Shown: piece by piece, positions 50,077 through 64,000 of the stretch
Layout: each line of letters begins with the position of its first letter
Position numbering within the stretch: position 1 is the stretch's first letter
NCBI RefSeq assembly: GCF_009914755.1
Contig: NC_060926.1
Direction: 5' to 3' (one strand)
DNA: 64,000 bases
Origin: the human T2T-CHM13v2.0 reference genome, Homo sapiens
Made by a program: the position numbers and the translations under genes
Notes under the pieces: model-generated
Database searches by the model: none
What the model was told of the DNA's origin: nothing
What the model saw: only the letters and a program-made list of their open reading frames with translations

Positions 50077-51339
50077 ATGGCATGGAAAGAAAGGGAACTC
50101 TGTGTTTTTTGAAGTCAGATCTTATACATTTTCAGGCTGAAGAAATTCTGCATCTCAGGAAAGGATGACATTCAGAGAGGAGCTTTCCCTTTATGGCAAA
50201 AGAGTTCCCAGTTCGAATGCACTTTTCTCTGAAGTGTCACAGCCTGGTGCCCGGCTAGGATCTTTGCCCAATGAATGGCCACACCTGCTTTCATGGTGCC
50301 TGCAATCCCACACCAAGGGCAGGCTCGATGCCAGCAGGCCGAGGGAGGAATATTTTGATACTTCCTTCTGAACTGCTGTTATGTTTTAACTTTGATGGTA
50401 GAAAATGACAACTGCAGAGACTGCAACTTTTAATCTTCTGGAATATAAATACACTGCTGATAGAGTAAAAAATGTTGATTTCCCCAGTGCTTCTTTTCTG
50501 TGTTTGAACATATTCCCCAACACGAGCCACTGCTCAGAATATATTTTTTTTCATCTTAAAGATCTTAAGCTCTTTAATAACGGTACAATGAGGGCAGCCT
50601 GACAGATTCATTCTTCCAGGCAGCCACAGATATGTGTTCCCATCAACTATAATGTTGAGACAAGGTGAAAGAAAAAAATGATTCTGTGTTGCCTATCTCA
50701 TCATAAAAGGGATGACTCAGAGGTGTCTCTGCTGCCCGCTGAGTTATCCGAAAAGTCTAAATAGAAACAAATGAAAGTACCAGCAACAGATAAGTGGCTT
50801 ATTTTCATATGAACTAATGATTTCAAAGATTTTCATTTTGGTTTTGTTTTGCTCTCGTTGCTCTTCCTGTTATGTGCAGCATCACGAAGGAAGCTCCCAT
50901 CACATAAAATGTGAACAGAAACATATTGCAGCGCTGGTTTTCCAAAGTATCTTCCTAGAAATAAATATTAATTATGCCCTGCCACCCAATATTATATCTC
51001 TGCTTAAAGAGTTGATGTAGACGACAGAATGCATATGTATCCCTACAAAGCCCATTAATTGTTTTAAGAGTTTTATTTTTAATATTCAAAACCATTTTGT
51101 GAAACCAAAGGAACATTCCACGAAGGAGAAGGCTTAACTTTTTAGCTCTTAATTGTAGAAGCTTGGTCTATGCTGAAAGAGTGACTCCAAGCCGAATTGA
51201 CAGACTCAGGGGAGTTTATTAAGTTGTTTGGAATTGGCCAGTTAATAAATGGTGGAACCTCATTTAAATGTAGCATTTTTTGGTTTCAAAGCCTTATCTT
51301 TTCTCAAAGCACCGTGATACTCCCAAAGTGTCCACTTGG

Positions 51340-51520
51340 TGAGGAACAGGAAACGGTGTTGAAAAGCATTGAATTTGGAGTCTGAAGTCCAGTCCTGACT
51401 CCAATACCTGCCGCATAAATGAGAAGCTCAGTGACCTTCTCAACTTTTCCGGTGTCATTTTCTGCAACTGTCCTACCTGTCCTACATAAGGCGTAAGGCC
51501 TTTCAGCATTTCATACCGTT
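51340..51520 (+). mobile_element. MIR fragment
   Basis: gttgaaaagcattgaatttggagtctgaagtccag...agtgaccttctcaacttttccggtgtcattttc. Confidence 0.55.
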
Positions 51521-52398
51521 TAAATGTAATGCCAAATTGGAAGATTATTTTAGGCAAATACTGCTAAAAACTGCTTAAATAAGAAATGCCCTTGTTCTTT
51601 TCTTCCCCGCATGAAAATAGTAAATCAGACACTTGGGCATGCTGTTTTCTCTAAGCCTCGTATTTATTTTGGCACGTGTTGTACCAGTTATCCGAGTCAA
51701 TTCTTACTTAGGCGAGTTGCATTATGTATGCACGGAAGCGTCTCATCATTTGGCTGTGCTTGCGGGGTGTTCCCTAGCACTGTCTTGCCGAAGTGAGATG
51801 TGTGGAAGAGCTGCCCCAGAATCATCCATGGAGCATTGCAAGCAGGCAGCCGCCCAAGGCGATGTCCACGTGGGAGGTCTGTGTGCTTCGCCACGTTCCC
51901 AAGCAGGCTTCATGTATAAAAAGCTTGAGGTCTACTGCATCGACACCGAGTGTGGCATCACAATAAAACCCAGGGTGTTTGTTAGAACTGTTCTGTCTCC
52001 AAAGCAGTGTATAACCTTTCCTTGACGGCTCTCTCTCTTGCTTTGGTAAATTAGCTTCTGGAATGTATGCGTGTAGCCAAATACACTGCTACACTGAAGC
52101 TAAGTTCAGTTTTTAACCATTTACACTAAAACATGAAAGTGAAAAGGGGCCAGAACATGTAAAATAATAATCTGAGCACTGCTTTTAGAACACAGCAAAT
52201 GAGGCAATCTTAGTTTCACATACAAACAATCCCCCATCATAAATTTATTTTTTATGTTTCTAACCCTCTGCCCTCTACACAAAGCCCCAAGATCATCTAT
52301 TTTTGATTCATACTAGAGGTGTAGGCAATAAGATAGATGCCTAATTTAGTGAATCAATCACATTAGATGACTTCCCACTACATTTTAATATCAGATAA

Positions 52399-52748
<350 letters not shown>

Positions 52749-52774
52749 ACTTTTTTAGTTTTTAATATAAATGA

Positions 52775-52925
52775 ATTAGTCTGTTCAGGTTGCCATGACA
52801 AGATACCACAGACTAGGTGGTTTCAACAACAGATATTTATTTCCCACAGCTCTGGGGGCTGGAGGTTCTAGATCCAGGTACCTGCTGATTCAGTTCCTGG
52901 TGAGGACTGTCTTGCAAGCTTGCAT
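52775..52925 (-). mobile_element. MLT1A-like LTR fragment
   Basis: ttagtctgttcaggttgccatgacaagataccacagactaggtggtttcaacaacaga. Confidence 0.8.
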
Positions 52926-54329
52926 AGACATACTGTACAGGACATATTAACTCCAAAATAATATTACCTGCTGATTATCTGAAGTACATATTTACCAAAA
53001 TGTCCCATATTTTAACTGTATATATCCCATATTTAATGTGTAGAGAAAAACAATCAGGAACCTAAAGACTTGGGCTTTCTTGCCAGTTCAGGCACTTCCT
53101 GCCCCTAAGAGTTGAGCAAAGTTGTTTCACACTCCATATCTCAGCCTTACCATCAGGAAATGGAGATCCCATGACCCGGAGACACCAGGGCTGCATATTT
53201 TTGCAGGGTTTGCATGTTATGGAACAGCTTAGCACTTGCCCAGCACCTTGCCCACAAGAAACATTAGGATTCTCTGCCTTGGCATCCAAGTCCCATATTT
53301 GTGGTGCAGATGCGCTGAAATAAGAGTTGTTCTCATTCTTTCTTCTAGGGGGCCCAAGACTCTGGGTCTAGGCAGGGACCTGAACTCCTCTCCCAAGGCT
53401 CCAGTGCAGGGCCTCAGTTAGACATTTCTTGAGGCATCATTTCCTGAAAGTGTGGAGTTAAACACTAGATCAATGATCCCAGTGAATGGCAAATGGGAAG
53501 AGGCCAGGAGGGTGACCATGCGGGAATGGAATAAACTTGAGCAGAGGGTACAGAAGGGGACATCTAGGACCAGAGGCAGCTTCTGATAGGGATTCCCATT
53601 GGGATGCAGTGAGGCTGGATGCATGTAAAATAGACTTTTGCTTTTTAATCTATGCAGATAAGTTGTTAAAATTAATGATAACAATATAGAATAATATCTA
53701 TAAAGTATAGAAAATTTTAAAATGGCATGTATCTCATAGATGAAAATTTTAAACTTTTTAAAAATTAATTTTAATTTTGTGAATTTTTCATACATTTATT
53801 GAAAAAATATATGAAGAAGAAAAGGAAATTACCCTCAATAGAACCTATGGGGCACTTTGGCTGCGTAGCCTTTTAATGCTTCTAAATATTCAGCTATTTC
53901 TAAATTTCCATACAAACTAATAAAATAGGGGGTTAACTCCAACATATCATTTCATAGCCGATTTTTCTCTTTAAATTTTATTTGGAATATTTTGCATGCC
54001 TATACATTTTTCTCAATAATCTATGTTTAAATGACTTTAAATTACATGGAGGAACCATGTTTATTTTGTTTTGTTTTATTTTGTCAAATTTCTATTTTGT
54101 GAGCATTATTTTCACTTTATTTTTACTATCATATTAAGAATGCGAAGAATACTCTATTGTGTATATTTTTGTCTACATTTCTGCATATTTATATAGCATA
54201 AATTCATTAGAAAGCCAATCACAATGTCAAAATATATTACAGACTTGTGATACTTACTTCCTAATTACTTTTTTCAAGCACAGTTTTTGCTAGATTTTCA
54301 ATTCATTATGAATATAAGTAACAGTTTAC

Positions 54330-55262
54330 AGTGTGGTCAGAGAACCTTCCTCGCCTGGGATTTTTTTTGAAATGCAGAATCTCACATCCAGCCCGAGAAT
54401 CAGAATCTGCCTTTTAGCAAGATCTCTGGAAGTTTTGCATAAATGGTACATTTTGGAAACGACTGCATTACACAGTCACCTCAACAGCATTAAAACATTA
54501 CTTTTATTTTCATTGTTGCCAGAGGGGAACAATTAACAGTATGTAGATATGTTGGAAGTTTGATTCCAGACCTCTGGGAAGCAGGGCACTGTCACAGAGC
54601 TGAGCGTTGCCCATGGTGTGAATTGAGTCACCCGCCCTGAAATAGAAGTGTGTCAGGGCTAGGCTGGGGTAAATAACGCAGAGGTGTGTGTGGGGGTGGG
54701 GTGGCCACTCCTGCACCTTGTCTAATTCCAGCACAGCCTGTCTGTGTCATAGGGGGCTGAAGTCCAAGAACAACCATGACTCAGTGGCCAGAGACGGGAG
54801 AGGGAAGTGGAGGCAGATGAGCCTCTCTCCTGTTCTTTCCTTTTTAGATTTTGTCAATGAGCATGGGCGTTTCTGCCAATCCTATCACCATAGCCACGGA
54901 ATCAAATTAGCAATCTCTACTTTAAGATATGCATTTGTTTACCCAGGAATCGGAGGCGCATATGCATGAATATGCCATCATATGTTTCTATGGAAGCATG
55001 ACTATTTGCATGCCATAGCATCACATGCCAGACAACTTCCATTTTAGTTGCAAATGATAATTTTTTGATTCACCACTTTGAGAAATAACATGATATCATA
55101 GATGAGTCTTTCTCAAAGGGCTGAGGGATGACCTCAGAATCTCACTAACATGTAGATTCTGAGTCAGTGGTTCCACAGTGGGACTTGAGATTCTATATTT
55201 TTCACAAGACTCATGTTTAGCTGCTGCTGTTCTTCTGAGGATCACACCTTGAACAGCAAGGA
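54330..55262. mobile_element. Two MER5-type hAT-Charlie fragments (about 54330-54470 and 55108-55262)
   Basis: gaaatgcagaatctc...gaatcagaatctgccttttagcaagatct; gattctgagtcagtgg...gtgggacttgagattctatattttt...gatcacaccttgaacagcaagg. Confidence 0.7.
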
Positions 55263-55424
55263 TAGGGATCATTAAGGCGCAGCAAATGTACCAAATCTAA
55301 ATCTAACTTTTCTTTATTTAGCTATGTTCTAGAGAAAATATATGGAATTTTCATCTGTCTAAGTTTAAATGACGTTATTCTGCTGAATAAAATTCTGTAT
55401 TTATTTTCTAATCTGTGAAATATC

Positions 55425-55650
55425 ATATAATAGTAAAATATCCTTGTACTTTGGAGCTAGGTAGGCTTGAGTTTAATTCGTGGCTGTGCCTTTTCCACTT
55501 GTGAATTCAGACATGTTAAAATTTTCCCATTTTGATATATTAACTTATCTCACCTCAGTTTCCCTGCATCTGAGTGAGATGATAGTACCTGTTTCCAGGA
55601 ATTATAAGAATCCAGTGTATGCAAAAATATAGCATGTAGCAGGTATTCGA
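55425..55650 (+). mobile_element. MIR
   Basis: actttggagctaggtaggcttgagttt...acctcagtttccctgcatctg...gatgatagtacct. Confidence 0.6.
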
Positions 55651-57094
55651 CTTTGTCATAAAGTTACATGAAAAAAATTATATTACTTTCAAATAAGCAA
55701 TACAGTTCCTTATAGGAAGAGAATTGTGTTTGCCAAACTGCTCTGGAATAGAGAGGATCTGGAAGCTGGGGTAAGCAGTGACAAAGGAAAGGGGAGAAAA
55801 CTGAAGAACAGGTGAATAAAGGCAGCAAGATGACAGTGAACCGAAGCCCATGAAGAACATTGATTCAGAGAAATTTCTGCTAGCGAGGCATCAATAGAAT
55901 TTTAATAGACGTTTCTAATACTCAATTTTAAGATTTTTTTCAAGGCAGGAACAGAGCTTCTAGCAAGATGTTTTTCTTCTTGTTTGCACAATTCTACAAA
56001 ACATAATATTGTAAACTCACACATGCACTACTCCTGTCCTAATGCAAACCTCTTCTATTTTTCTGGATATTCAATGCACGTTATACTGGACACACTGACT
56101 TTGTGTAGATGACATTTGACAGTGGAATAGAATTAGGCAGCTATCATTATGGGGCAAGAGAGTCTGGACATGGCATTGCTCACTCAGGAGAGTAAAGTTT
56201 TAAGGGAGAGTGAGTGCACACTGCAATTGGGATGGAGCTTCAAGCTAAAGTTGTTTGAATCCAAAAACACTCAGGTAATTCCAGCTGGCATCAATCACTT
56301 TTTTAAAATTATCTTTTTCTTTCTCCTGCTTTTTTCCTTTGATAATGACCTGTGATTTAAATTACCCTATACCAACATGTCCATCATAGTCTATTCAGTA
56401 TGATAATTTGTTATATTCTTTTATTCCCAAGGTTCACTATCTTGTACAACAAAATGTTTAATAGATGTCCAATTATTAATTGATAAATGAATCAAGAGAT
56501 ATATAGCTTTTTACAAATAGTAAAATTTATTTATCCCTAATTTGTGGGAACAATTATATCTGACAGCTTAGAATTTCTTGTTAGTCAAAGTTACTCTTGT
56601 CTGTTTTAACCTTTGTTTTGAAAAAAAATTCAAAAATATTTTAGTGTATTTCCTGTCTTAAGAGTTAGAGTATACATAAAATAAGTGGAATTTGACTAGA
56701 CAGAATTTTTTCATATATTAGCATATTCTTTTTTGTCATTGATACCTAAAATTATGACCTAGAGCTATAATCTGATAGAAAACATAAAAGTGTTGATTGA
56801 ATGTACGCTTAGGCTAAGGCATTTGAGTAATTTTATAATTTTTACTTAATTCATGATACTGCCTTAAGCTCTTTTTACAAATATACTCCACAAAATATTT
56901 GGTTAATTAAAAATATTAAATAGTTGTGCCGTTACAATTTGGAATTTGCTATACAAAGGTTCAAACTTTTCCTCAGCTTTAATAATTTTTACACAGATTA
57001 GTTATTTGTATTAACCTTAATATTAATCAATGCTTCATCTTCTAATTGGCAAACTTCTGCAATAGCTTAATATAATGATATTTAACACTTTTTA

Positions 57095-57439
<345 letters not shown>

Positions 57440-57882
57440 TCACAGCTTTAAGAATCTCGATTTCAATAGAGATCAGTATATATAAACTTTTACTTTCGAA
57501 AGCAAAGCATTAGACCAGCCGCGGTTCAGAAAAATTTCTCTCCTATCTCTTACAAATACTGTTTATCTGTGCAAAGCACAGTTCCTTTCAGGTAGGGTTG
57601 ACTTCAGTAACATTTTTCTTATGGATAACAAAACTTTTCAAAATTGGCAGTGCATGACATTCTAATTTCAAAGACTCTTATTCTGATGTGAGTGCCAGTT
57701 ACTTGAGGCTGATTAATTTATAAAATTTCAAATGTGTATTTGAAAAAATTGAATTTTATTGAAGTAAATATTTTAAATACTGTTAATATTAAGAGCCATA
57801 AATTCAACCGTATCAAAAATAGAAAACAATTTGTTAATGAAATTTGCAGAAGAACAAATAGAGTAATAAAAATTTGGTTATT

Positions 57883-58450
<568 letters not shown>

Positions 58451-61113
58451 AATATCCTCTTTATGTAACAGGTGGTTTGCATTAGATCGCTCAACCAACT
58501 CAACCACCATCAAGATTACTATACATAATTATATTCAATTTCCAGGTATAATAGCTGAAGTTACGAGAAGCTGAGTATTGGGCTTAACATACGGTTAATA
58601 GAGAGTGCACTTGGGTTCATGCCTAGAAGTATATGTTTATGCCCATGTGTCCCATTCTTGTTCTATCACTGCATTTTGCCTTCAACTGTATCATTCAGGT
58701 ATATGTCTTTATATCTTTACATTTAGGACTAAATGTGAGAAAGTACCAACGTAAAGTGGAAGATGACTTTTCTAAATTGCCTTAGAATAATAAGTGAAGT
58801 AAATTGCAACTTTATTCATTAAAAATGAAGGACTTTAAATATTTTAATCAGCCCAAGGATTAACAGACTTTCCAGGTGTGTGCTTTAGAAACGCTAGATC
58901 AAACCAGGAAGAGATGCTAACGGTAGAGAGGAATGTGGTAGAGATAACTATTTACAATTATTCTTCTTTCCACATGCTTTTCTTCCCACTCAGGTTAATT
59001 TCTTACATCCCCAAGGCATAAGTAATGTTCACATATTTTTTTTTCAATTTGATACACTCTGTCCTCAATTTTCAGGTAAAAATGTGGACAACATTAGATA
59101 ATTCAACCTTCGGAGATACTCTTCACAAATGCAAAACCCCACAATATCTGGGGGAATCATTTTGCCAGTTGGTTGGATTTGAAATTCATGGTTGCTGACA
59201 CCTCTTTAAAACCCTGCAGTCTGGTGATGCACATTTGCTCAGCCATTTTTGGCTTGATGTATTTCAAAGCTAGAGCTCTGAGGCAAGTCCAGCATATATT
59301 GTTGAAGAATTGAAGCGTGAGCAAGATGCCTAAGAAAGTCATAGATTGCCTTGAAGGAGAATAAGCTGTCCAGCAAGAAATTGTTTTCAGAGCAACTTCA
59401 AATTGTTTCCGCTGGTAGAATGTGGTTGATCTTCAATTTATTTTCATTCAAGGCAGATGTGTCTATTTCAAAGCACACCTACTCCAGAAAGACTTCAAAG
59501 CAACTGAATTTAGCATTTGAAAAACATTTAATCTCAACCAACAGTGTTCACTGGAGCTTAAACTTCATTGCATGTGTGTGAGGGGGTAATTTTTTATATT
59601 TTATATATTTATAACATTTCATACATACACATATCATATATATGTATATTCTTTTTAAATCAAAACTAACAGGATGCTATCATAGCTCAGGTCTACCTCA
59701 TATTGTTGAAAGCACACTTATTTTTAAGAAATATGGAGTCTTAAGTGTTTTAATGCATGGCAGATGTGCTGGGTGAGGGAGAGAAAACAGCACTGATTTA
59801 GCCACTGAAATGAAAGCAGGGTCCCCAGGGGGAACTGGCTGTAGTGAAAACAAGTTAATAAGAATGAGACTGACTGCACCTCTAGTAACATTTCTTTAAG
59901 TAGAAATGGAGGAATTATGTCTCCAAAGAAGGAAATGACTGCTCAATTATCTCCTACATTTGCATTTCCAAATTTATCCAAGGTCTATATCCAAAGTAAG
60001 GTTTATAACGTTGACTGGGAAAGAAAAAGATAAACAAAAATACGATAGAAAAATTTAGTTTATTGGAAATAACATCTAACTTATCAAATGGGTAATTACC
60101 TAAAGGTAATATCACAAAGAGGTGCTACAAATGTGGAGGTAATCTTTAGCTAATCCTTCTGCTGCTCCTCCTCCCACATAAACATCTAATCCATCAACAA
60201 TCATGTGACTTCAGAGATCTCAAAGAAACAGCTCTTTCTATTCTTCCAAAACATTTGCTTCTATGCTAATTCTCTCGATGGTATGGTTATTTTCTCTTTG
60301 CATATTCTACTGCTGGACACAGAGGAACGCAGTACATGAGTAAGTACCTTGTATATAATAAACATTTTTAAACCCTTATAAATAATAAAAATAATGAATA
60401 AGTGAATAAATGAATAATTACACATTTATGAAATTTAGTTGTTTTGATATCAGTATTTTTATTTTTGGAATGTATTACATTTACAGAAAAGTAGCAAGGA
60501 TAGTAGAGAGAGTTTCTACATGCCCTTCACTCAAACTGCCCTCATGCTAACATTGAATATAATTAAGAAATAAACACTGGCACAATAATATCAACTAATC
60601 TTTGGTTTAATCAAATTTCCTCATTTTTTGCACTAATATTCTTTTCAGTTTCAAGATTCAATTCAGGAGCTCAGATTGTGAGTACTTATCATATGTCCTT
60701 AAATCCATCCAATCTGTAAAAGTTTGTCATTTTTCCTTGTCTTCTTTGATCTTTACGATTTTGTAGAATACTACTTAGTTGTTTGTAGACTGTCACTTAA
60801 ATTGGGTGGGTCTCATGTTTTCTCATAATTAGACTGAAGTCATGGGCTTGGAAGGAGATTGCCACAGATCACATGAACACATAGGTGATGAATGTTACTC
60901 ATCAAATCATAAGAATGGCATTTGACGTCAACGTGATTTACTTCTGATGACCTTCATTACTTGGCTAAAGTGGTTATCTGCCTAGTTTTTGCACTGTAAA
61001 TTTACTTCTTTTTTTCCTTTTCACACTGTATGTGTTAACAGTGTGTCACTACAAGTGTAGTCCATACCCGATAAAGGGTAAATTGAATTCTACCCTACAG
61101 AAAAATAATCATC

Positions 61114-61468
<355 letters not shown>

Positions 61469-61610
61469 CTAAAACCGTAGCAGCAATTAGTATAAATAAT
61501 ATTTAGGAGGAGATATTCTGTGGCTATGAAAATATTGTCTCTCCTTAAAGTTTTGTCCATTAGTTTTAGCATTCATTAAAGAATTTTGCCTGTGATAATT
61601 AATAACCATG

Positions 61611-62760
61611 GTTACATTGGAAAAACCTTTCTAGGCATTGGCTTAGGCAAAGACTTCATGACCAAGAACTCAAAACAAATGCAACAAAAACAAAGGTACA
61701 TAAGTGGGGCTTAATTAAACTGAAGAGCTTCTGCACAGGAATGGAACAGTCAGCAGAGTAAACAGACAACCCACAGAGTGAGATAAAATCTTCACAATCT
61801 ATACATCCAACAAAAAACTAATATCCAGAATTTAGAAGGAACTCAAACAAATTAGCAAGAAAAAAAATCCCATCAAAAAATGGGCTAAGGAAATGAATAG
61901 ACAATTCTCAAAAGAAGATATACAAATGGCCAACAAACATATGAAAAAATGTTCAACATCACTAATGATCAGGGAAATGCAAATCAAAACCACAATGCAA
62001 TACCACCTTACTCCTGCAAGAATGGCCATAATTAAAAAATAAAAAATTAATAGATGTTGGTGTGGATGCAGGGAAAAGGAACACTACACTACTGGTGGGA
62101 ATGTAAACTAGTACAATCATTATGGAAAACAGTATGGAGATTCCTTAAAGAACTAAAAGTAGAACTACCATTTGATCCAGCAATCCCACTACTGGGTATC
62201 TACCCAGATGAAAAGAAGTCATTATATGAAAAAGATACTTGCACATGCATGTTTATAGCAGAACAATTTGCAATTCCAAAAATATACAACTGTCCAAAAC
62301 GCCCATCAATCAATGAATGGATAAATTGTGATTTATATATATATTTGTATATTTGTGTGTATATATATATATATATATATATTTGTATATATATGATGGA
62401 ATACTACTTAGCCATAAAAAGGAACAAAATAATGGCATTTGCAGCAACCTGGATGGAACTGGAGACTATTTTTCTAAGTGAAGTAACTCAGGAATGGAAA
62501 ACAAAACATCATATGTTCTCAGTCATAAGTGGGAGTTAAGTTATGAGGATGCAAAGGCATAAGAATCACACAATGGACTTTGGAGACTCAGGGGAAAGAG
62601 TGGGAGGGGAGTAAGGGATAAAAGACTACAAATCGTGTTCAGTCTATACTGCTTGGGTGGTGGGTATTCCAAAATCTCACAAATCACCTCTAAGGAACTT
62701 ACTCATGTAACCAAATACTACCTGTTTCTCAAAAACCGATGGAAACAAAAAAAATTTAAA
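61611..62760 (+). mobile_element. 5'-truncated L1PB1-like element (ORF2 C-terminus and 3' UTR)
   Basis: ORF 62054-62539 gives the ORF2 C-terminus ([36 protein letters not shown]); L1PB 3' UTR; TSD aattaataaccatg / aattattaaccatg. Confidence 0.93.
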
Positions 62761-62885
62761 AATTATTAACCATGCTGTTTTAAGGATGATCGTCTTTTTT
62801 CCTCATTTTGTCTACATTTATTAACTAGAATTCTGTAAAAATAACTGTCCTTTCTTGTTCATTCATTTAATTATTCCAGCATGCA

Positions 62886-63183
62886 TTTTTTTAAAGACAG
62901 GGTCTTACTCTGTTGTCCAGGCTGGGGTGCAGTGGTGTGGGCATAGCTCAAAGCTCACTGTAGCCTCCACCTCCTGGGTTCAAGAGAGTTTCTTGGCTCA
63001 GCCTCCAGGGAAGCTGTGACTACAGTTGTGTGCAACCACACCCAGCTAATAATTTTGTTTTTAGTAGAAATGGGGTCTCATGTTGTCATCTAAGTTGTTC
63101 TCAAATTACTGGCCTCAAGTGATCCTCCCACTTTGGCCTCCCAAAGTGTTGGGATTATAGGTATGAGCCACTGTATCTGGCCT
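62886..63183 (-). mobile_element. AluJ (Jo/Jr-like)
   Basis: agacagggtcttactctgttgtccaggctgg, atagctca...ctcactgtagcctc; TSD core catgcatttt on both sides. Confidence 0.92.
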
Positions 63184-64000
63184 CAAACATGCATTTTATT
63201 CAGTTTGAGTTCCTAGATAATTATTTTATTTTCAGATTTATAACCAAATATGATATTCTTACTAATTCTGCACAAATTGTTCCAGCTTTGTGATTGAGTC
63301 TATCAGGCTGTCTTTTATGTCCTTTTGACATTTCCTCTTTTTGGCCCTTCCTCACTTTGTGAACTGAAAAGATAGTCCAGCTTATCTTGTATTTTGCATG
63401 TCCCAGATCTTTAATGTCTTTTCCACAAGGAACCCTTGGTTACCTTTTATTGGAGAATGGTATTCAGAAACCAACATCTGAGCATTAGGTGTGCTCATTG
63501 CAAATAGAGTGTCACTCCTTCTGGGCTCTCACAGAAGACAGAGTTAGAAAATATATGTATGTACACTAACTCATGCATACATTCATACTATATTTACTTG
63601 CTTAACTTTCTATTTGTATATATAGTAAAATAAACATAAGCCAATATTACATATCTAATTCTAATCTAGCACCATATGGTTCATTTTAATATTTTTTCCT
63701 TGTTTGTTTGTAAATTTTCTGTCAGTGAGTGACCCAACTCTCATTAACTATATTTATTTAATTTTAACCCAAATATTATGAAGTAGCTTCAAAATTGCTA
63801 ATATATCCTATGAAGGACACATTTACCAACAATAGTACAGTGTTTGTCAGTGTTTGTATGCCTTTTTAAAAAAAATTACTTAGTCTTATAGTATCAAAAC
63901 AAACTTTCCAAGTTATTGCGGTCAATTTTTTTACCCAACCACTTCAGAGCAGTTATATCATACATTTGCAATACAATGTAATGTTACAATGTGGATTATT

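Noticed and set aside
62054-62539. 161-aa ORF as a gene
   Set aside because: Remnant of the L1 ORF2 C-terminus in a 5'-truncated L1PB, extended by a TA repeat

Overview
Primate (human or great-ape-like) non-coding genomic DNA: AT-rich, CpG-poor and dominated by interspersed repeats (Alu J/S/Y, L1PB/L1MA/L1MC/L1ME, L2, MIR, MaLR and ERV1 LTRs, hAT DNA transposons). The only recognisable gene-derived sequence is a near full-length processed pseudogene of nucleophosmin (NPM1) on the - strand (about 12337-13609), with target-site duplications, two frameshifts and a premature stop. I could not support any intact protein-coding exon, RNA gene or CRISPR array, and I found no convincing novel biological system. 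The features most worth a second look are a three-LTR MLT1A structure with an unexplained spacer and nested MST/THE1 insertions inside an old L1 (40143-43310), a tandem array of palindromic 24-mers (38165-38223), a very young AluY with mixed subfamily diagnostics (61114-61435), a recent 61-bp tandem duplication, an apparent twin-primed L1MA, and a few CpG-retaining exon-like or enhancer-like islands. Repeat subfamily names were assigned by eye from remembered consensus sequences, and boundaries of old repeats are approximate; both need RepeatMasker/Dfam confirmation.
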